Positions 41,219-54,198 of a DNA stretch of 64,000 nt are shown one piece after another. Position 1 is the first letter of the stretch, and each line of letters opens with the position of its first letter. The notes beneath the pieces were generated by a model that was given only the letters and a program-made list of their open reading frames with translations, was not told where the DNA came from and did not search any database. The DNA is from Planctomycetota bacterium (lineage in GTDB: Bacteria > Planctomycetota > PLA2 > JAEUHO01): the NCBI GenBank assembly GCA_050248855.1, contig JBFWRP010000016.1, positions 1 to 64,000 of the forward strand, read 5' to 3'. The translations under genes and the position numbers were made by a program.

Positions 41219-42150
41219 AGCACCTGGTCCAGCCACGCGCCCGCCTCGATGGGCGCCTCGCGCTGGGGATGCTCGGCATCGATGCACGAGGCGACCGGCC
41301 CCAGGATGGTCCAGGGCGTCGGATGGCAGAACTGCACGACGCTCAGGCGCTCGCCCGGTTGGTCGGGATCGGCCACGACACGGTGCCAGCCTGGCGGGAT
41401 GCGGCCGTTGGAAATGCGGTCCAGCATGAGCCCGGTGTTGAGGATGGCGTGCCCGTCGGGCGGCGCCGCCGCGACCCACCCGCCTTCGACCTCCACCTCC
41501 AGGCCCTTGGCGGTCGCTCGCGGAAGGGCCGTGATCAGGTTGATGTCGGCGTGGCGCTCGGCCCACACGTGACCGCCCGGAGGCGCCTCGGCCATCGGCG
41601 GATAGCGGATGGCGCGCGCCAGCGTCGGCCCGTCGACCAGCATGCGGTCGAAGAAGGCCGGGGCCAGGCCCAGGCCCTCGGCCACGATGCGCAGGAAGCG
41701 CGTCTGGAGATCGAGGAGGGCCTCGAACAACGATCCCAGGGCCTTGCCGATGCCCGGGACGAGCGCTTCGGGCAGCACGCGCGGCATGTAGCGATGGGGG
41801 TAGCGCTTGGCGAGCGGGTGGCCGGGCGGCAGCTCCGGGCCCCAGTTGAGCATCTCCTTCCAGTCCGGCACGTCGGAGACGGCGGCCGTCTCGACCAGCA
41901 GCCCCGTGTAGCCGGTCTGCCCCTGCGAGCCCGGCGCGCGGCAGGTGGCCTTCGCCTCCTGCGGCAACGCGAAGAAGGCGCCGAGGAGGGCGTACGCCTC
42001 GTCGAGCAGGCCCTGGCTGACGTCGTGGCGGCTGTACACGAAGCCCGTGGCCAGGCTGCGGCGCACGCCGTCCACGACGGCCCGGCGCGCGTCGGCGTCC
42101 CCGCGCTCGTAGCGCAGCAGATCGACGTCGAGGATCGCGTCGCCGGCCAT
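41152..42150 (-). CDS. Isopenicillin-N-synthase-family 2OG-Fe(II) oxygenase
   Basis: HADINLIT (HxD), WHRVV, RLS; DIOX_N-type N terminus. Confidence 0.88.
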   Translation of the reverse strand: MAGDAILDVDLLRYERGDADARRAVVDGVRRSLATGFVYSRHDVSQGLLDEAYALLGAFFALPQEAKATCRAPGSQGQTGYTGLLVETAAVSDVPDWKEMLNWGPELPPGHPLAKRYPHRYMPRVLPEALVPGIGKALGSLFEALLDLQTRFLRIVAEGLGLAPAFFDRMLVDGPTLARAIRYPPMAEAPPGGHVWAERHADINLITALPRATAKGLEVEVEGGWVAAAPPDGHAILNTGLMLDRISNGRIPPGWHRVVADPDQPGERLSVVQFCHPTPWTILGPVASCIDAEHPQREAPIEAGAWLDQVLYEIRLADEPPASNADSSSQRA

Positions 42151-42162
42151 GCGGGCCCGGCC

Positions 42163-43974
<1,812 letters not shown>

Positions 43975-44043
43975 GGGGCGCGATTCTGGGGGCCCCGGGA
44001 GAGGGTGTCAATGCGGGGGCTCCCGCGGGCGTAGGCTCGCCGC

Positions 44044-44595
44044 ATGGACGGCGAGATCCACGTGCGCGAGGCCACGCCCGAAGATGCGCGGGCCATCAGC
44101 GAGGTCCAGGTGGCCGGCTGGCGCAGCGCCTACCGCGGCATCGTGCCGGACGCGATGCTCGACGAGCTCGACGTCGAGGCGGGGGCCGAGCGGCGCCGCC
44201 AGGGGATGCTGCGCGGCGCGGCACGTGGCGTCGTGAACCACGTCCTCGAGCTCGATGGGCGCATTGTCGCCTGGGCGGCGTCGGGCCCGTGGCGCGGCGT
44301 GGAGGACCACGAGGTCCCTGGCCTGTTCGAGCTGTACGCGATCTACGTCGAGCCGTCGCGCATCGGCACGGGCCTCGGGCGCCGGCTGTGGTTGGCGGTG
44401 CTCGAGGGGCTGCCCGCCCGCGGCGCGGAGCGGCTGCGCTTGTGGACGTTCGTGGAGAACGCGCGGGCCCGCCGGTTCTACGAGCGGGCTGGCTTCCACG
44501 AGGACCCGACCGTGCCGCGCGAACAGCACGAGGACACGGGCGCCCTCAAGCTCTGCTACGTGCGGGCGCTCCCGGACGTCGGTCCGCACAAGTAG
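44044..44595 (+). CDS. GNAT N-acetyltransferase
   Basis: [30 protein letters not shown]. Confidence 0.9.
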   Translation: MDGEIHVREATPEDARAISEVQVAGWRSAYRGIVPDAMLDELDVEAGAERRRQGMLRGAARGVVNHVLELDGRIVAWAASGPWRGVEDHEVPGLFELYAIYVEPSRIGTGLGRRLWLAVLEGLPARGAERLRLWTFVENARARRFYERAGFHEDPTVPREQHEDTGALKLCYVRALPDVGPHK

Positions 44596-44605
44596 CGTGA
44601 CGGCG

Positions 44606-45061
44606 ATGGAGACGCGCGCGATCGACGTGCCGGTAACGGTCTTGGAGCACGGCCTCGGCTTGGCGTTGCCGGCGTACGAGACCGAGGGGTCGGCGGGCCT
44701 GGACGTCCGCGCCGCCGTGCGCGAGCCGCTTCTCGTGGCGCCCGGGGAACGGGTGCGCGTCCCGACCGGCCTGGCCATCGCGGTCCCCCCCGGCTGGGAG
44801 TGCCAGGTGCGCCCGCGCAGCGGGTGGGCGGCCAAGCACGGCGTGACGTGCCTCAACACGCCGGGCACGATCGACAGCGACTACCGGGGCGAGGTCCAGG
44901 TGCTGCTCGTCAACCTGGGCCAGGAGCCCGTACGCATCGAACGGGGCGACCGCATTGCGCAGCTCGTGTTCGCGCCGGTCGGCCGCGCCACGTGGCGCGT
45001 CCAGGGGACGCTGGAAGCTACGACGCGTGGTGCCGGAGGCTTCGGCCATACGGGCGCGTGA
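44606..45061 (+). CDS. dut: dUTP diphosphatase
   Basis: [37 protein letters not shown]. Confidence 0.97.
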   Translation: METRAIDVPVTVLEHGLGLALPAYETEGSAGLDVRAAVREPLLVAPGERVRVPTGLAIAVPPGWECQVRPRSGWAAKHGVTCLNTPGTIDSDYRGEVQVLLVNLGQEPVRIERGDRIAQLVFAPVGRATWRVQGTLEATTRGAGGFGHTGA

Positions 45062-45175
45062 AAGCCGTGCCGTACGGAGTCGGTTGAGATACCAAATTCG
45101 GGCGGCACCGCACCCTCGCCGCCGCCAGCACTTGGCCGCCCGACTTGGCAAGAACACCCGACTCCTTGCTCCGAC

Positions 45176-46363
45176 TCAGGGCCGATGCACGGTTCCGAGG
45201 CGCATGTCGCGCGGTGCACCGGTGGCAGCCGGGATGTTGCCCGGGCGGTCGTGCAGGGCCTCGTGGGCCAGCAGGGCAAAGGCCACGGCTTCCTTGAGGT
45301 CCACGAGGTCGGACGCCACCAGCTCCACGCTGATGTCCAAGTCCGCGAAGGCGGCGTGGATCGCAGCGACGAGCGTCGGGTTGTGGCAGCCCCCACCGCT
45401 CAGGAGGATGCGTCGCACGTCGTCACGACCCGGCCGGACGTGCCACTCCCATGCATCGCGCATCATGCGGGCGGTCGCCTCGACGGCGGTCCGCACCCGG
45501 TCCTCCACGGGCACGTGCGCATGCTCGGACGCCAGCGCCGTCGCCAGGGACGGGCCCCACGTCGCGTACCCCGCGCTCTTGGGCGGGGCCTGGCGTAGCC
45601 ACGCAGCCCGGCGTGACCACAGGTCGAGCAGCAGGTCGTCGTGCACGCGTCCCCGCGCGCTGAGTACGCCGTCGCGGTCGATCGCCTCGGGGTCGGAGCT
45701 GCGCGCGAACGCGTCGATGAGCGCGTTGGCGGGGCCCGTGTCGAACGCGAGCACCGCACGGCGCGCCGTGCGGGGCCCGAGGCGGGGCAGCACCGTCACG
45801 TTGGCGATGCTGCCGAGGTTCCAGCATGCGCGCTCCTCGTCAGGGCTGCCGAAGAGCAGCAGATCGGCCAGCGGCACGAGCGGCGCGCCCTCCCCCCCGG
45901 CGATCACGTCGCGGGCTCGGAAGTCGCTGACGACCGGGATGCCCGTGGCGAGCGCCAGGGCATCCCCGTGGCCGACCTGCAGCGTGATGGCCCCGCGCTG
46001 CCCCTCCCGCGGGCGATGGAACACCGTCTGGCCGTGGGAGCCGATCGCGGCCACGTCCTCCGCCGCGACCCCGGCGCGCACCAGCACGTCGCGCACGGCC
46101 TCGGCCCACAGGGCCGGCAGCTCGTAGTGCAACGCCGCCACTTCGGCGAGGTCGCCGTCCACGGCGCGGGCCAAACGCGCCCGGAGCGCGGCGTCGTACG
46201 GCACGGTCGCGCCGGCCACCAGCGCGGCCGCGCGCGCCTCGCTACCGCGATCGGCGATGCGCACGACGGCCACGTCGAGACCATCGCGACTCATCCCGCT
46301 CATGAGCCCCACGTAGAGCCCGCCGCTGCCCGTCCCGGTCGAACCGCTGGCGTCCTCGTGCAT
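45176..46363 (-). CDS. anmK: Anhydro-N-acetylmuramic acid kinase
   Basis: GLMSGMSRDGLD, GSHGQTVFH, DFRARD..GGEGAPLVP, FDTGPAN, KEAVAFA. Confidence 0.93.
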   Translation of the reverse strand: MHEDASGSTGTGSGGLYVGLMSGMSRDGLDVAVVRIADRGSEARAAALVAGATVPYDAALRARLARAVDGDLAEVAALHYELPALWAEAVRDVLVRAGVAAEDVAAIGSHGQTVFHRPREGQRGAITLQVGHGDALALATGIPVVSDFRARDVIAGGEGAPLVPLADLLLFGSPDEERACWNLGSIANVTVLPRLGPRTARRAVLAFDTGPANALIDAFARSSDPEAIDRDGVLSARGRVHDDLLLDLWSRRAAWLRQAPPKSAGYATWGPSLATALASEHAHVPVEDRVRTAVEATARMMRDAWEWHVRPGRDDVRRILLSGGGCHNPTLVAAIHAAFADLDISVELVASDLVDLKEAVAFALLAHEALHDRPGNIPAATGAPRDMRLGTVHRP

Positions 46364-46494
46364 GGGGGCAGCCTACCGCCGCACCCGTTCGCCTACCCCG
46401 AGAGCCAGCCGTCCAGGGTGCGTAGACGCCGATCTGAGCCGAGCGCGACCGCCACGCATCGGGTCGCCAGGGCGACGGTAGCGCGCCAGCATCG

Positions 46495-47015
46495 CGGAAC
46501 GCAGGGGCGCGACACGCCGGCCGGCGAACGACGGTGTCCGAGCGAACCCGGATGTGTCAGGACCCTTGCCGCGGAGCGGCGCAGCCGCGACGTGGGCAAG
46601 GTGCCTGCAATGGAAGGTGCCTGAACTCCGGGCTCGGACAGGACAGCCACGCTTCCATGGGAGGGGGTGCCGCGCGCATCGAGACGCGGTACGGAGGCGG
46701 GGATTTCTTCCGCAACTTGCCGCCCTGCGCTTCGGCATGCGCAAGTGCCCATCGGCAAGTTGCGGAAGAATTCCCCGCCTCCGTACGGGCTTTGCCGTCG
46801 GCATGAAGAACTGACACGCAGGGGGCGCGACACGCCGGCCGGCGGACATCGCACTTCGGTGTCCGACCACTCCAAGCTCGTTCCGCGCTCCCGCGCGGAT
46901 TCGGTGCTCCGGCTTCGCCTCCGCAGCAGGGGGGCTATTCCGTACCCCCCCTGCACCCCTCACGGTGGGACCGAGCATCTGGCGAGCCGCACGTCCGCAC
47001 CGGAGGGGCTGAACG
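46495..47015. repeat. REP-like repeat cluster (module B interrupted by the 203-bp element, module A reverse, module D)
   Basis: Module B 46542-46607 resumes at 46811; module A reverse 46880-46963; module D 46969-47015 matches 536-581. Confidence 0.9.
46608..46810. mobile_element. 203-bp non-coding inserted element (copy 2), flanked by CTG
   Basis: Removing it plus one CTG restores GTGGGCAAGGTGCCTGACACGCAGGGG, seen intact at about 16078-16104 and 16181-16207. Confidence 0.75.
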
Positions 47016-47075
47016 CGTACCTACCGCCGTACGTCGCGCCTCCCGCCAACCCGGGCTTCGGTGCAGGATGGGGAC

Positions 47076-48152
47076 GTGTCACGTCGCGTCCTTCACCTGG
47101 GCCTGCTCCCGGTCCTCCTCCTCGCCGGGCTGGCGGGGCCCTCGCACACCCGCCCGAACCGGGGAACGGTGGTCGAGGTGGGCATCGTGCTCGACGACAG
47201 CGCCGGCATGGCCCCGTGGCAGGACGCGGCGCGCATCGAGATCGGCCGCTTGCTGCTGGAAGCGTCCCGCTGGCGTCCGGGGCCCCAGGTGCGCCTGGGC
47301 CTCGTCGTGTACGGCAACGACGACGAGACACGAGCGCGCGTGGTCCACGACCTCGGCGAGGACGTGGACGGGCTGCTGGACGTTCTCGGCCGGGCCGAGG
47401 GCCGGGGCGGTGTCGAAGACGTCACGACGGCCATCGAGCGTGCGCGCGAAGGGCTGGGCTGGTCGCGGCAGGCGCCCGTGCAGGTCCTCGTCCTGATCGG
47501 CAACGAGAGTCCCCACCAAGTACCGGGTCGCGACCCGCGCGATGCCGCGCGTGCCGCCGCTCGCGACGGCCTCGTCGTGCACGTGCTCTACGCGGGGCGC
47601 GAAGGCGACCTGTTCGAGGCCGAGTGGCAGGAGATCGCCCAAGCGGGAGGCGGCGAGCTGCGCAGGCTCTCGCTGCCCCGACGCCGCACGAACGCCGCAC
47701 GGCAACAGGCGGCAGAGGACGACGCACGACTCTGGTCGCGGCGGCTCCTGCTTCCCCCGGGCGCCACACCGCGGCTGGTCGCACGCCACGCTCGCGTGTC
47801 CCAGGCCTTTGGCGAGCTCGGCGAGGAGGCGGTCGCGGTTCGCCGGCGCTTGGTAGCGGCAGGGCTCGTGCTCCCGCCCGAGGACCTCGTCCTGCGCCAC
47901 GAGCGGGGCGAACTCGACCTCGACGCCGCCGAGGGATGGCCTCCCGAGCTGGAAGGCTTGACACCCGCGGAGCGACGGGTGCACCTCGAGACGACGGCCC
48001 GGCGCCGGGCCGAGGCGCGCGCGGCGTGGCGGAGCGCCGCCGACGACGTACCCGGTGGACCGCCCGGTGCGCTCGCAGACCTTCTCGCCGCGCAGGCACG
48101 CGCTGCGGGCTTCACGCGGTCCGCGCAGCCCGCGTCGGGCGGGGGCAGGTAG
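47076..48152 (+). CDS. Secreted von Willebrand factor A domain protein
   Basis: Signal-like N terminus; VGIVLDDSAGM, LGLVVYG, VLIGNESPHQ; start approximate. Confidence 0.72.
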   Translation: MSRRVLHLGLLPVLLLAGLAGPSHTRPNRGTVVEVGIVLDDSAGMAPWQDAARIEIGRLLLEASRWRPGPQVRLGLVVYGNDDETRARVVHDLGEDVDGLLDVLGRAEGRGGVEDVTTAIERAREGLGWSRQAPVQVLVLIGNESPHQVPGRDPRDAARAAARDGLVVHVLYAGREGDLFEAEWQEIAQAGGGELRRLSLPRRRTNAARQQAAEDDARLWSRRLLLPPGATPRLVARHARVSQAFGELGEEAVAVRRRLVAAGLVLPPEDLVLRHERGELDLDAAEGWPPELEGLTPAERRVHLETTARRRAEARAAWRSAADDVPGGPPGALADLLAAQARAAGFTRSAQPASGGGR

Positions 48153-48183
48153 GCTCTCCAGCCCACCAACCCTGGAGATCCCC

Positions 48184-48759
48184 ATGCGCGCGCCCCCCCT
48201 CGTTGCCGTGGCCCTGACCGCCCTGCTCGCGTCCCTCGGGGGATGCGGCTCCGAGACGCCCAAGACCGGCGGACCCGGCGGCACGGGGGCATCTGCCCAA
48301 CCGGGCAGCAGCGACGCCACGGCCAAGGGGCTCGAGACCCTCCTGCGCGCGATCCTCGCGTCGCCGGACAAGCGGGCGGAGCTGTCCGCCACGCTCCGTC
48401 CGACCAAGGCGGACCTCGACGCGATCTTCGACGCCGAGCTCGCCGCGGCCGCCGAGGCGACCTACGGCCCCGTGTGGGACAAGGGCGAGCTCGTCCTGGA
48501 TCCCGGCGACCCGGAGCGCACGGACGTCTTCGTCCGCTCGGGGTCCGCGGAGGACATCGCTGCTTGGCAAGGAGCTCCTGCCGAGGAATTCCCGGGCGGC
48601 TGGAAGGACGTCGGCGCGCATCTCGAGCCGGGCACCACGTTCTGGATCGGCAGCTTCGTCAAGCCGGGCGAGGAATCCGGGATGCGGTTCGACGGCTTCG
48701 TCCACGTGAACGGGCAGTGGCGCATCGTGCCCAAGCCGTGGCGCCTGCTCCGCAAGTAG
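48184..48759 (+). CDS. Hypothetical lipoprotein
   Basis: Lipobox LGGC, GGAG RBS. Confidence 0.75.
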   Translation: MRAPPLVAVALTALLASLGGCGSETPKTGGPGGTGASAQPGSSDATAKGLETLLRAILASPDKRAELSATLRPTKADLDAIFDAELAAAAEATYGPVWDKGELVLDPGDPERTDVFVRSGSAEDIAAWQGAPAEEFPGGWKDVGAHLEPGTTFWIGSFVKPGEESGMRFDGFVHVNGQWRIVPKPWRLLRK

Positions 48760-48806
48760 ATGCATCCGTCCGCGCGACCGCGTTCCCAAGCCTCCGGGGT
48801 CCCCCG

Positions 48807-49754
<948 letters not shown>

Positions 49755-49775
49755 CGACGGGCAGGAGCGAGCCAC

Positions 49776-50432
49776 ATGTTCATCAATCTCCTCCAGCTGC
49801 ACCCGACCTACTACGTGACCTGGATCGTGGCCGTGATCGCCAGCGTGGTCTTGCACGAGCTGGGGCATGGCTTCGCGGCCATTCGGCAGGGCGACCGCAC
49901 GCCGATCGTGATGGGCCACATGACGTGGAACCCGATGGTCCACATGGGCGGGCTCTCGCTGATCCTGCTGGCGGTCGTCGGCCTGGCGTTCGGCGCGATG
50001 CCCGTCAACCCCTCGGCCTTCCGCGGCCGCTTCGGACACGCGATCGTGGCCTTCGCCGGCCCGGCCATGAACCTGCTGATCGCCGCGAGCACCATCCTGC
50101 TCGCCGGACTCACCGTGCGTGCGGGCATCGCCCCCATGCCGATGTGGGACGCGCACGTGATCCCGCTGCACTTGGACAGCGCCACGATCCTCCTCATCGT
50201 CGCCCAGCTCAACCTCGCGCTCTTCGTCTTCAACCTGCTGCCCATCCCGCCGCTCGATGGCAGCACGGTGCTCGGCGACTTCTGGCCCGCGTGGAAGCGC
50301 TGGACGTCCAACCCCGACCTGGCCCCCTTCTTCCAAGCCGGCTTCCTCGTGGTGTTCATCGTCGGGGGCAGGCTGTTCACCGCCGCGGGGAACGCGGTCG
50401 GCGTCGCGTTCCGCGCCGTCGCGGGCGGCTAG
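49776..50432 (+). CDS. Site-2 protease (M50) family intramembrane metalloprotease
   Basis: HELGH, AGPAMN, FNLLPIPPLDG. Confidence 0.93.
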   Translation: MFINLLQLHPTYYVTWIVAVIASVVLHELGHGFAAIRQGDRTPIVMGHMTWNPMVHMGGLSLILLAVVGLAFGAMPVNPSAFRGRFGHAIVAFAGPAMNLLIAASTILLAGLTVRAGIAPMPMWDAHVIPLHLDSATILLIVAQLNLALFVFNLLPIPPLDGSTVLGDFWPAWKRWTSNPDLAPFFQAGFLVVFIVGGRLFTAAGNAVGVAFRAVAGG

Positions 50433-50438
50433 GTCGCC

Positions 50439-52208
50439 GTGACGCGCGCTCTCGTCTTCACCCTCGTCCTCGGCCTGGCGGGCTTCGCGTGGTGGCTGGG
50501 GCAACGTACGCCCGAACCGCCCGAGGGGCTCGTCGTGGTGGTCGAAGTGGTCGACGCCGAAGGGCAGCCCGTTGCCGCCGCGCAAGCCCGGTCCCGCTTC
50601 GCCGACACGGAGTGGATGACCGTGGACCGCCAGGGCCGCGTGACACTGACCGGTGTTCCGCTGGTGGCCAACGCCCAGGCGCCCGACGAGGCCACCGTGG
50701 ACGAGGCGATCGACGTGCGTGCCCCGTGGTACGCACGCCCACCCGGCACGACGCCCGTCGTCACGCAGGAGGCGCCGCAGCGATTCCGGCTGCGCACCGT
50801 CCTGGAGCTGCATGGGGTCCTCGAGCTCGTCGTGAAGCCTGCCCTGCTGGGCCCTGCGCGGGCCCGCGTCGAGCCGGACGAACCGCTGCGTCGCGTGACG
50901 CCCATCGGCGGCCAGGGCATCGCGCGCCCGGGCCAGATGGCCGTGTTCCGCGTACGGCCGGGCCTCGAGAGGATCGCCATCGTCCTCGAGCCCGAGCTGT
51001 CGGTGAACCGCGACCGGCCGGTGGCCCGTCGTCGCCTCGTGGTCCAGGCCCCCACGCCGGGGACGATGCGTCGCGTCGAGATCGAGCCGGGGCCTGCGCA
51101 TCCCGTCCACGGGACGCTTGGCTGGCCGGAGGCCCTGGAGCCCGCGCGACGCCACGGCAGCCTCGTGATCACGGAGGTCGCGCGCGACGGCACGCGGACC
51201 CCGTGGGGTCGCCTCGAGCTCGGGGCCGACGACACGTTCGTCATCCCCGACACCGGCGCCGAAGCCTACGAGCTCGTGCTCGAGGCACCCTTCGTGGAAC
51301 CTCCGGCGCCCGTGCTCGTCGGCGGCGCCGGCCACGCCGAGCTCGCCGCGCTGGTCGAGCGCCCGTGGCTGCAGATCGTGAACGACGACCTTCCCGGCGT
51401 GTCGCGCCCCTGGCGTGTGCGCCTGCTCGATGCCGAAGGCCGCGTCGTGGCGCCGGCGGCCGCTCTCGAGATCGCACCGGGCGCAGGCGCCCTGCCGCTT
51501 GCCGTCGCGCGGGACGACCTGGTCGTCGAAGTCGACGTCCCGGGCAGCGACGACGGCCCGCCGCTCAGGGGGCGCCAAGCGGTGGGGATGATGGCCGCCT
51601 CCGGGCCCACGCGGGTGGAGGTGAGCCTCGACGCCGTGCCTGCCGGTCGGCTCCAGCTGAAGGGCGACGACGTGCGACGGGGTGCAACGGTGACCCTCAG
51701 CGGGCCGGCCGGCCCGCACGCCGACGAGCGCAAGGCCACGTGGCTGCCGGGCGATCCCCCCGAGCCACTGGACGTCGCGGGGCTTGCCACGGGCGCCTGG
51801 CGCGTCAGCGTGCGGCCGGCCGACAGCGAAGCCGCCTGGTCGGCCTTCGACGTCGACATCACCGCCGATGCCACGACCGTCTCGAGCGTGCGCGCCCCGG
51901 CAGGGGGGCGCGTGGCGATCGACGAGACGCTCGGGCCCGGTGATCCGCGGGACGGGCTCTTGCGCCTCGCTCCCGGCGACAGCCCGTACGCCGTGGACGT
52001 CCACGTGCCGCTGGAACGCCGCGCGGCGGGGCGCGGCTGGGACGTGCCCTGGCCCCTCCTCCCGGGCCGCTACGAGGGCCGCCTCGAGCTCCACGGCGAC
52101 CCCGCGCCCCGGGCCACGACGACCTTCGAGGTCGTCGCCGGTGCCACGACGCGCGTGGCGGGCGCCGGGTTGGTCCTCAGCCCTCCAGCAGGCGCGCCGC
52201 CACGGTAA
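50439..52208 (+). CDS. Membrane-anchored beta-rich hypothetical protein (carboxypeptidase-regulatory-like repeats)
   Basis: N-terminal TM helix, VVDAEGQPV, RLLDAEGRVV, LPGRYEGRL. Confidence 0.65.
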   Translation: MTRALVFTLVLGLAGFAWWLGQRTPEPPEGLVVVVEVVDAEGQPVAAAQARSRFADTEWMTVDRQGRVTLTGVPLVANAQAPDEATVDEAIDVRAPWYARPPGTTPVVTQEAPQRFRLRTVLELHGVLELVVKPALLGPARARVEPDEPLRRVTPIGGQGIARPGQMAVFRVRPGLERIAIVLEPELSVNRDRPVARRRLVVQAPTPGTMRRVEIEPGPAHPVHGTLGWPEALEPARRHGSLVITEVARDGTRTPWGRLELGADDTFVIPDTGAEAYELVLEAPFVEPPAPVLVGGAGHAELAALVERPWLQIVNDDLPGVSRPWRVRLLDAEGRVVAPAAALEIAPGAGALPLAVARDDLVVEVDVPGSDDGPPLRGRQAVGMMAASGPTRVEVSLDAVPAGRLQLKGDDVRRGATVTLSGPAGPHADERKATWLPGDPPEPLDVAGLATGAWRVSVRPADSEAAWSAFDVDITADATTVSSVRAPAGGRVAIDETLGPGDPRDGLLRLAPGDSPYAVDVHVPLERRAAGRGWDVPWPLLPGRYEGRLELHGDPAPRATTTFEVVAGATTRVAGAGLVLSPPAGAPPR

Positions 52209-54081
52209 GGAAGTCCGTGATCGTGAGCAGGCCCACGAGCTTGCCGTTGCGCACCACGGGGAGTCCCGAGAGTCCGTGCTCCCGCATGAGCGCGATGGCC
52301 TCCAGCGTGGGCGTCTCGGGCGTGATCGTGAGGGGGTCGCGCTGCATGATCTCGCCGACCTTCAGGCCTTGCTCGATCTGACCGTTGCCACGCTTGAGCG
52401 CGTCGATCAGGTTGGGGAGCGAGAGCATGCCGACCAACGCACCGGCTTCGTTCTCGACAGGCACGTGACGAATGCGCTCCCAACGCATCATGGCTTCGGC
52501 CAGGGTGACCGTGTCTTCCTCCTGCACGGTGAAGAGGTCGGTCGTCATCATCTGGCCGACGCGTTGGTAGGCGGCGCGCCGGTTGGTGGGCTCGGGCGCG
52601 CTGACCGGCTCCCAGTCGTGCACCGGGGCGCCCGCGCGCTGGCGGTCCATGTAGGCCCGCGTGAGGGCTTGGAGCGCCTCGTCCTTGGGAACCGCGGCGC
52701 GGAGCCGATTGTAGCCTTCGAGCATCCAGCGCGAACCGGTCTGGCCCTTGGTGACGCGCGAGGCGACGACGTCGAGCAGACGATCCACGTCCCCCTCGTC
52801 GACGCCGGAGCTCCGCAAGCCCTGGGCCGCAAGCGGCAGCGTCAAGAGGACCAGCTCGTCGGCCGTACGGGAGTTGCCGTCGACCCAGTGGAGCGACGCG
52901 CGCAGGCCCGTGCTCGCCGCGTTGTAGAAGTTGGCCTGGCAGTCGTGGAACGGCATGCGCGCCGCCACGTCCCCGTACTCGCGCGCGATGCCCAGCGTCA
53001 GGCCGTAGAGGTACGCGGCGTTGGCGACGCTGTCGACCGCCGTCGGGCCGGCGGGCAACGGTCGGTTCTCGATCCGCAAGTGCGGGACGCCGTCGGCGAC
53101 GCCGTAGCAGGGACGGTTCCAGCGGTAGATCGTCCCGTTGTGCAGGGCCCACGCGGAGAGCCGCGGCACGCCGCCCGCGTCCAGGACGTCCCCGGGCAAC
53201 GGCTCGTCGTCCTCCATGGGCAAGACCACACGGAACCGCGCGATGTCGTCGCGGACGAGGTCGAGGATGCCGGTCTTGACCCACTCGTCGCCGAAGAACA
53301 CGCGTGGCCGATGCCCCCGGCTCAGCTGGTGGTCGGTCCGGGTGTCGATGGACTGGCGGAACAGGGCGATGCGCGTCTCCTCCCAGAGCCGGGCACCCAA
53401 CAGGAGCGGGCTGTTGCCCGCTCCGGCCAGCGCCAGGCCGGTCGCCAGCTGCATCGCGTTGTAGAGGGTGGCGAACTCGTCGGGGGCGACCTGCAGGTGC
53501 AGCTGGAACGACGTGTTGAACGCCTCGAGCAGCACGTTGTCGTGGGTCGCGTGCAGCGAGTCGATGCCGCGGATCGCGATGCGGAACTCACCCCCGCGCA
53601 TGGCGCGCACGCGACGGTTGAGCGCGGCGTAGCGCGGCGACGGCGTCATGTTCTCCAGACGCAGGTGGTCCCAGGTGAGGGTGGGCAGGATGCCGATGGC
53701 CACCACGTCGACACCGTGGGGCTGCGCCGCGCGGCGGATGGCCCCCATGTGGCGGCGCAGCTCCTCCTCGAGCTCCTGGAAGCAGCGCCCGGCCAGCGCG
53801 CGGGGGGGCACGGCGATCTCGACGTTGTACAGCGCCAGCTCGTTCTGGTAGGTCGATCCCGCCCCCCCGAGCGCTTGGAGCACCTCCAGGGCGCGTGGCG
53901 CCGGGCGCCCGCACTCATCGACCAGGAAGAACTCCTGCTCGAGACCGATCCGACGCTCGCCCGTCTCGAAACGGCCCTCGCGGAGCATGCGCTCCAGCGC
54001 GTCCGCATCGGCCACGAGACGCTCCTCGAAGCGACGCAGGTCCTCGGGGCGTTCCGTGATTTCGACGTCTTGGCGGCCCAT
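52177..54081 (-). CDS. Glutamate-cysteine ligase (GCS2)-like protein with C-terminal CBS pair
   Basis: IGLEQEFFLVD, ELALYNVE, TSFQLHLQV, GTIYRWNRP, HLRIENRPLPAGPT; C-terminal VGQMMTTD..IRHVPV and VGEIMQRD..LPVV. Confidence 0.82.
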   Translation of the reverse strand: MGRQDVEITERPEDLRRFEERLVADADALERMLREGRFETGERRIGLEQEFFLVDECGRPAPRALEVLQALGGAGSTYQNELALYNVEIAVPPRALAGRCFQELEEELRRHMGAIRRAAQPHGVDVVAIGILPTLTWDHLRLENMTPSPRYAALNRRVRAMRGGEFRIAIRGIDSLHATHDNVLLEAFNTSFQLHLQVAPDEFATLYNAMQLATGLALAGAGNSPLLLGARLWEETRIALFRQSIDTRTDHQLSRGHRPRVFFGDEWVKTGILDLVRDDIARFRVVLPMEDDEPLPGDVLDAGGVPRLSAWALHNGTIYRWNRPCYGVADGVPHLRIENRPLPAGPTAVDSVANAAYLYGLTLGIAREYGDVAARMPFHDCQANFYNAASTGLRASLHWVDGNSRTADELVLLTLPLAAQGLRSSGVDEGDVDRLLDVVASRVTKGQTGSRWMLEGYNRLRAAVPKDEALQALTRAYMDRQRAGAPVHDWEPVSAPEPTNRRAAYQRVGQMMTTDLFTVQEEDTVTLAEAMMRWERIRHVPVENEAGALVGMLSLPNLIDALKRGNGQIEQGLKVGEIMQRDPLTITPETPTLEAIALMREHGLSGLPVVRNGKLVGLLTITDFLTVAARLLEG

Positions 54082-54198
54082 CGGGCGGGAGCATAGCCGC
54101 CACCGGGTCGACGCGGCACGGCGCAACGCGATTCGGGGGGCCGGCGGGGGCGACGCCGGAGGTCACGACGGGGGCCACCTGCGGGCTACGATGCGTAC

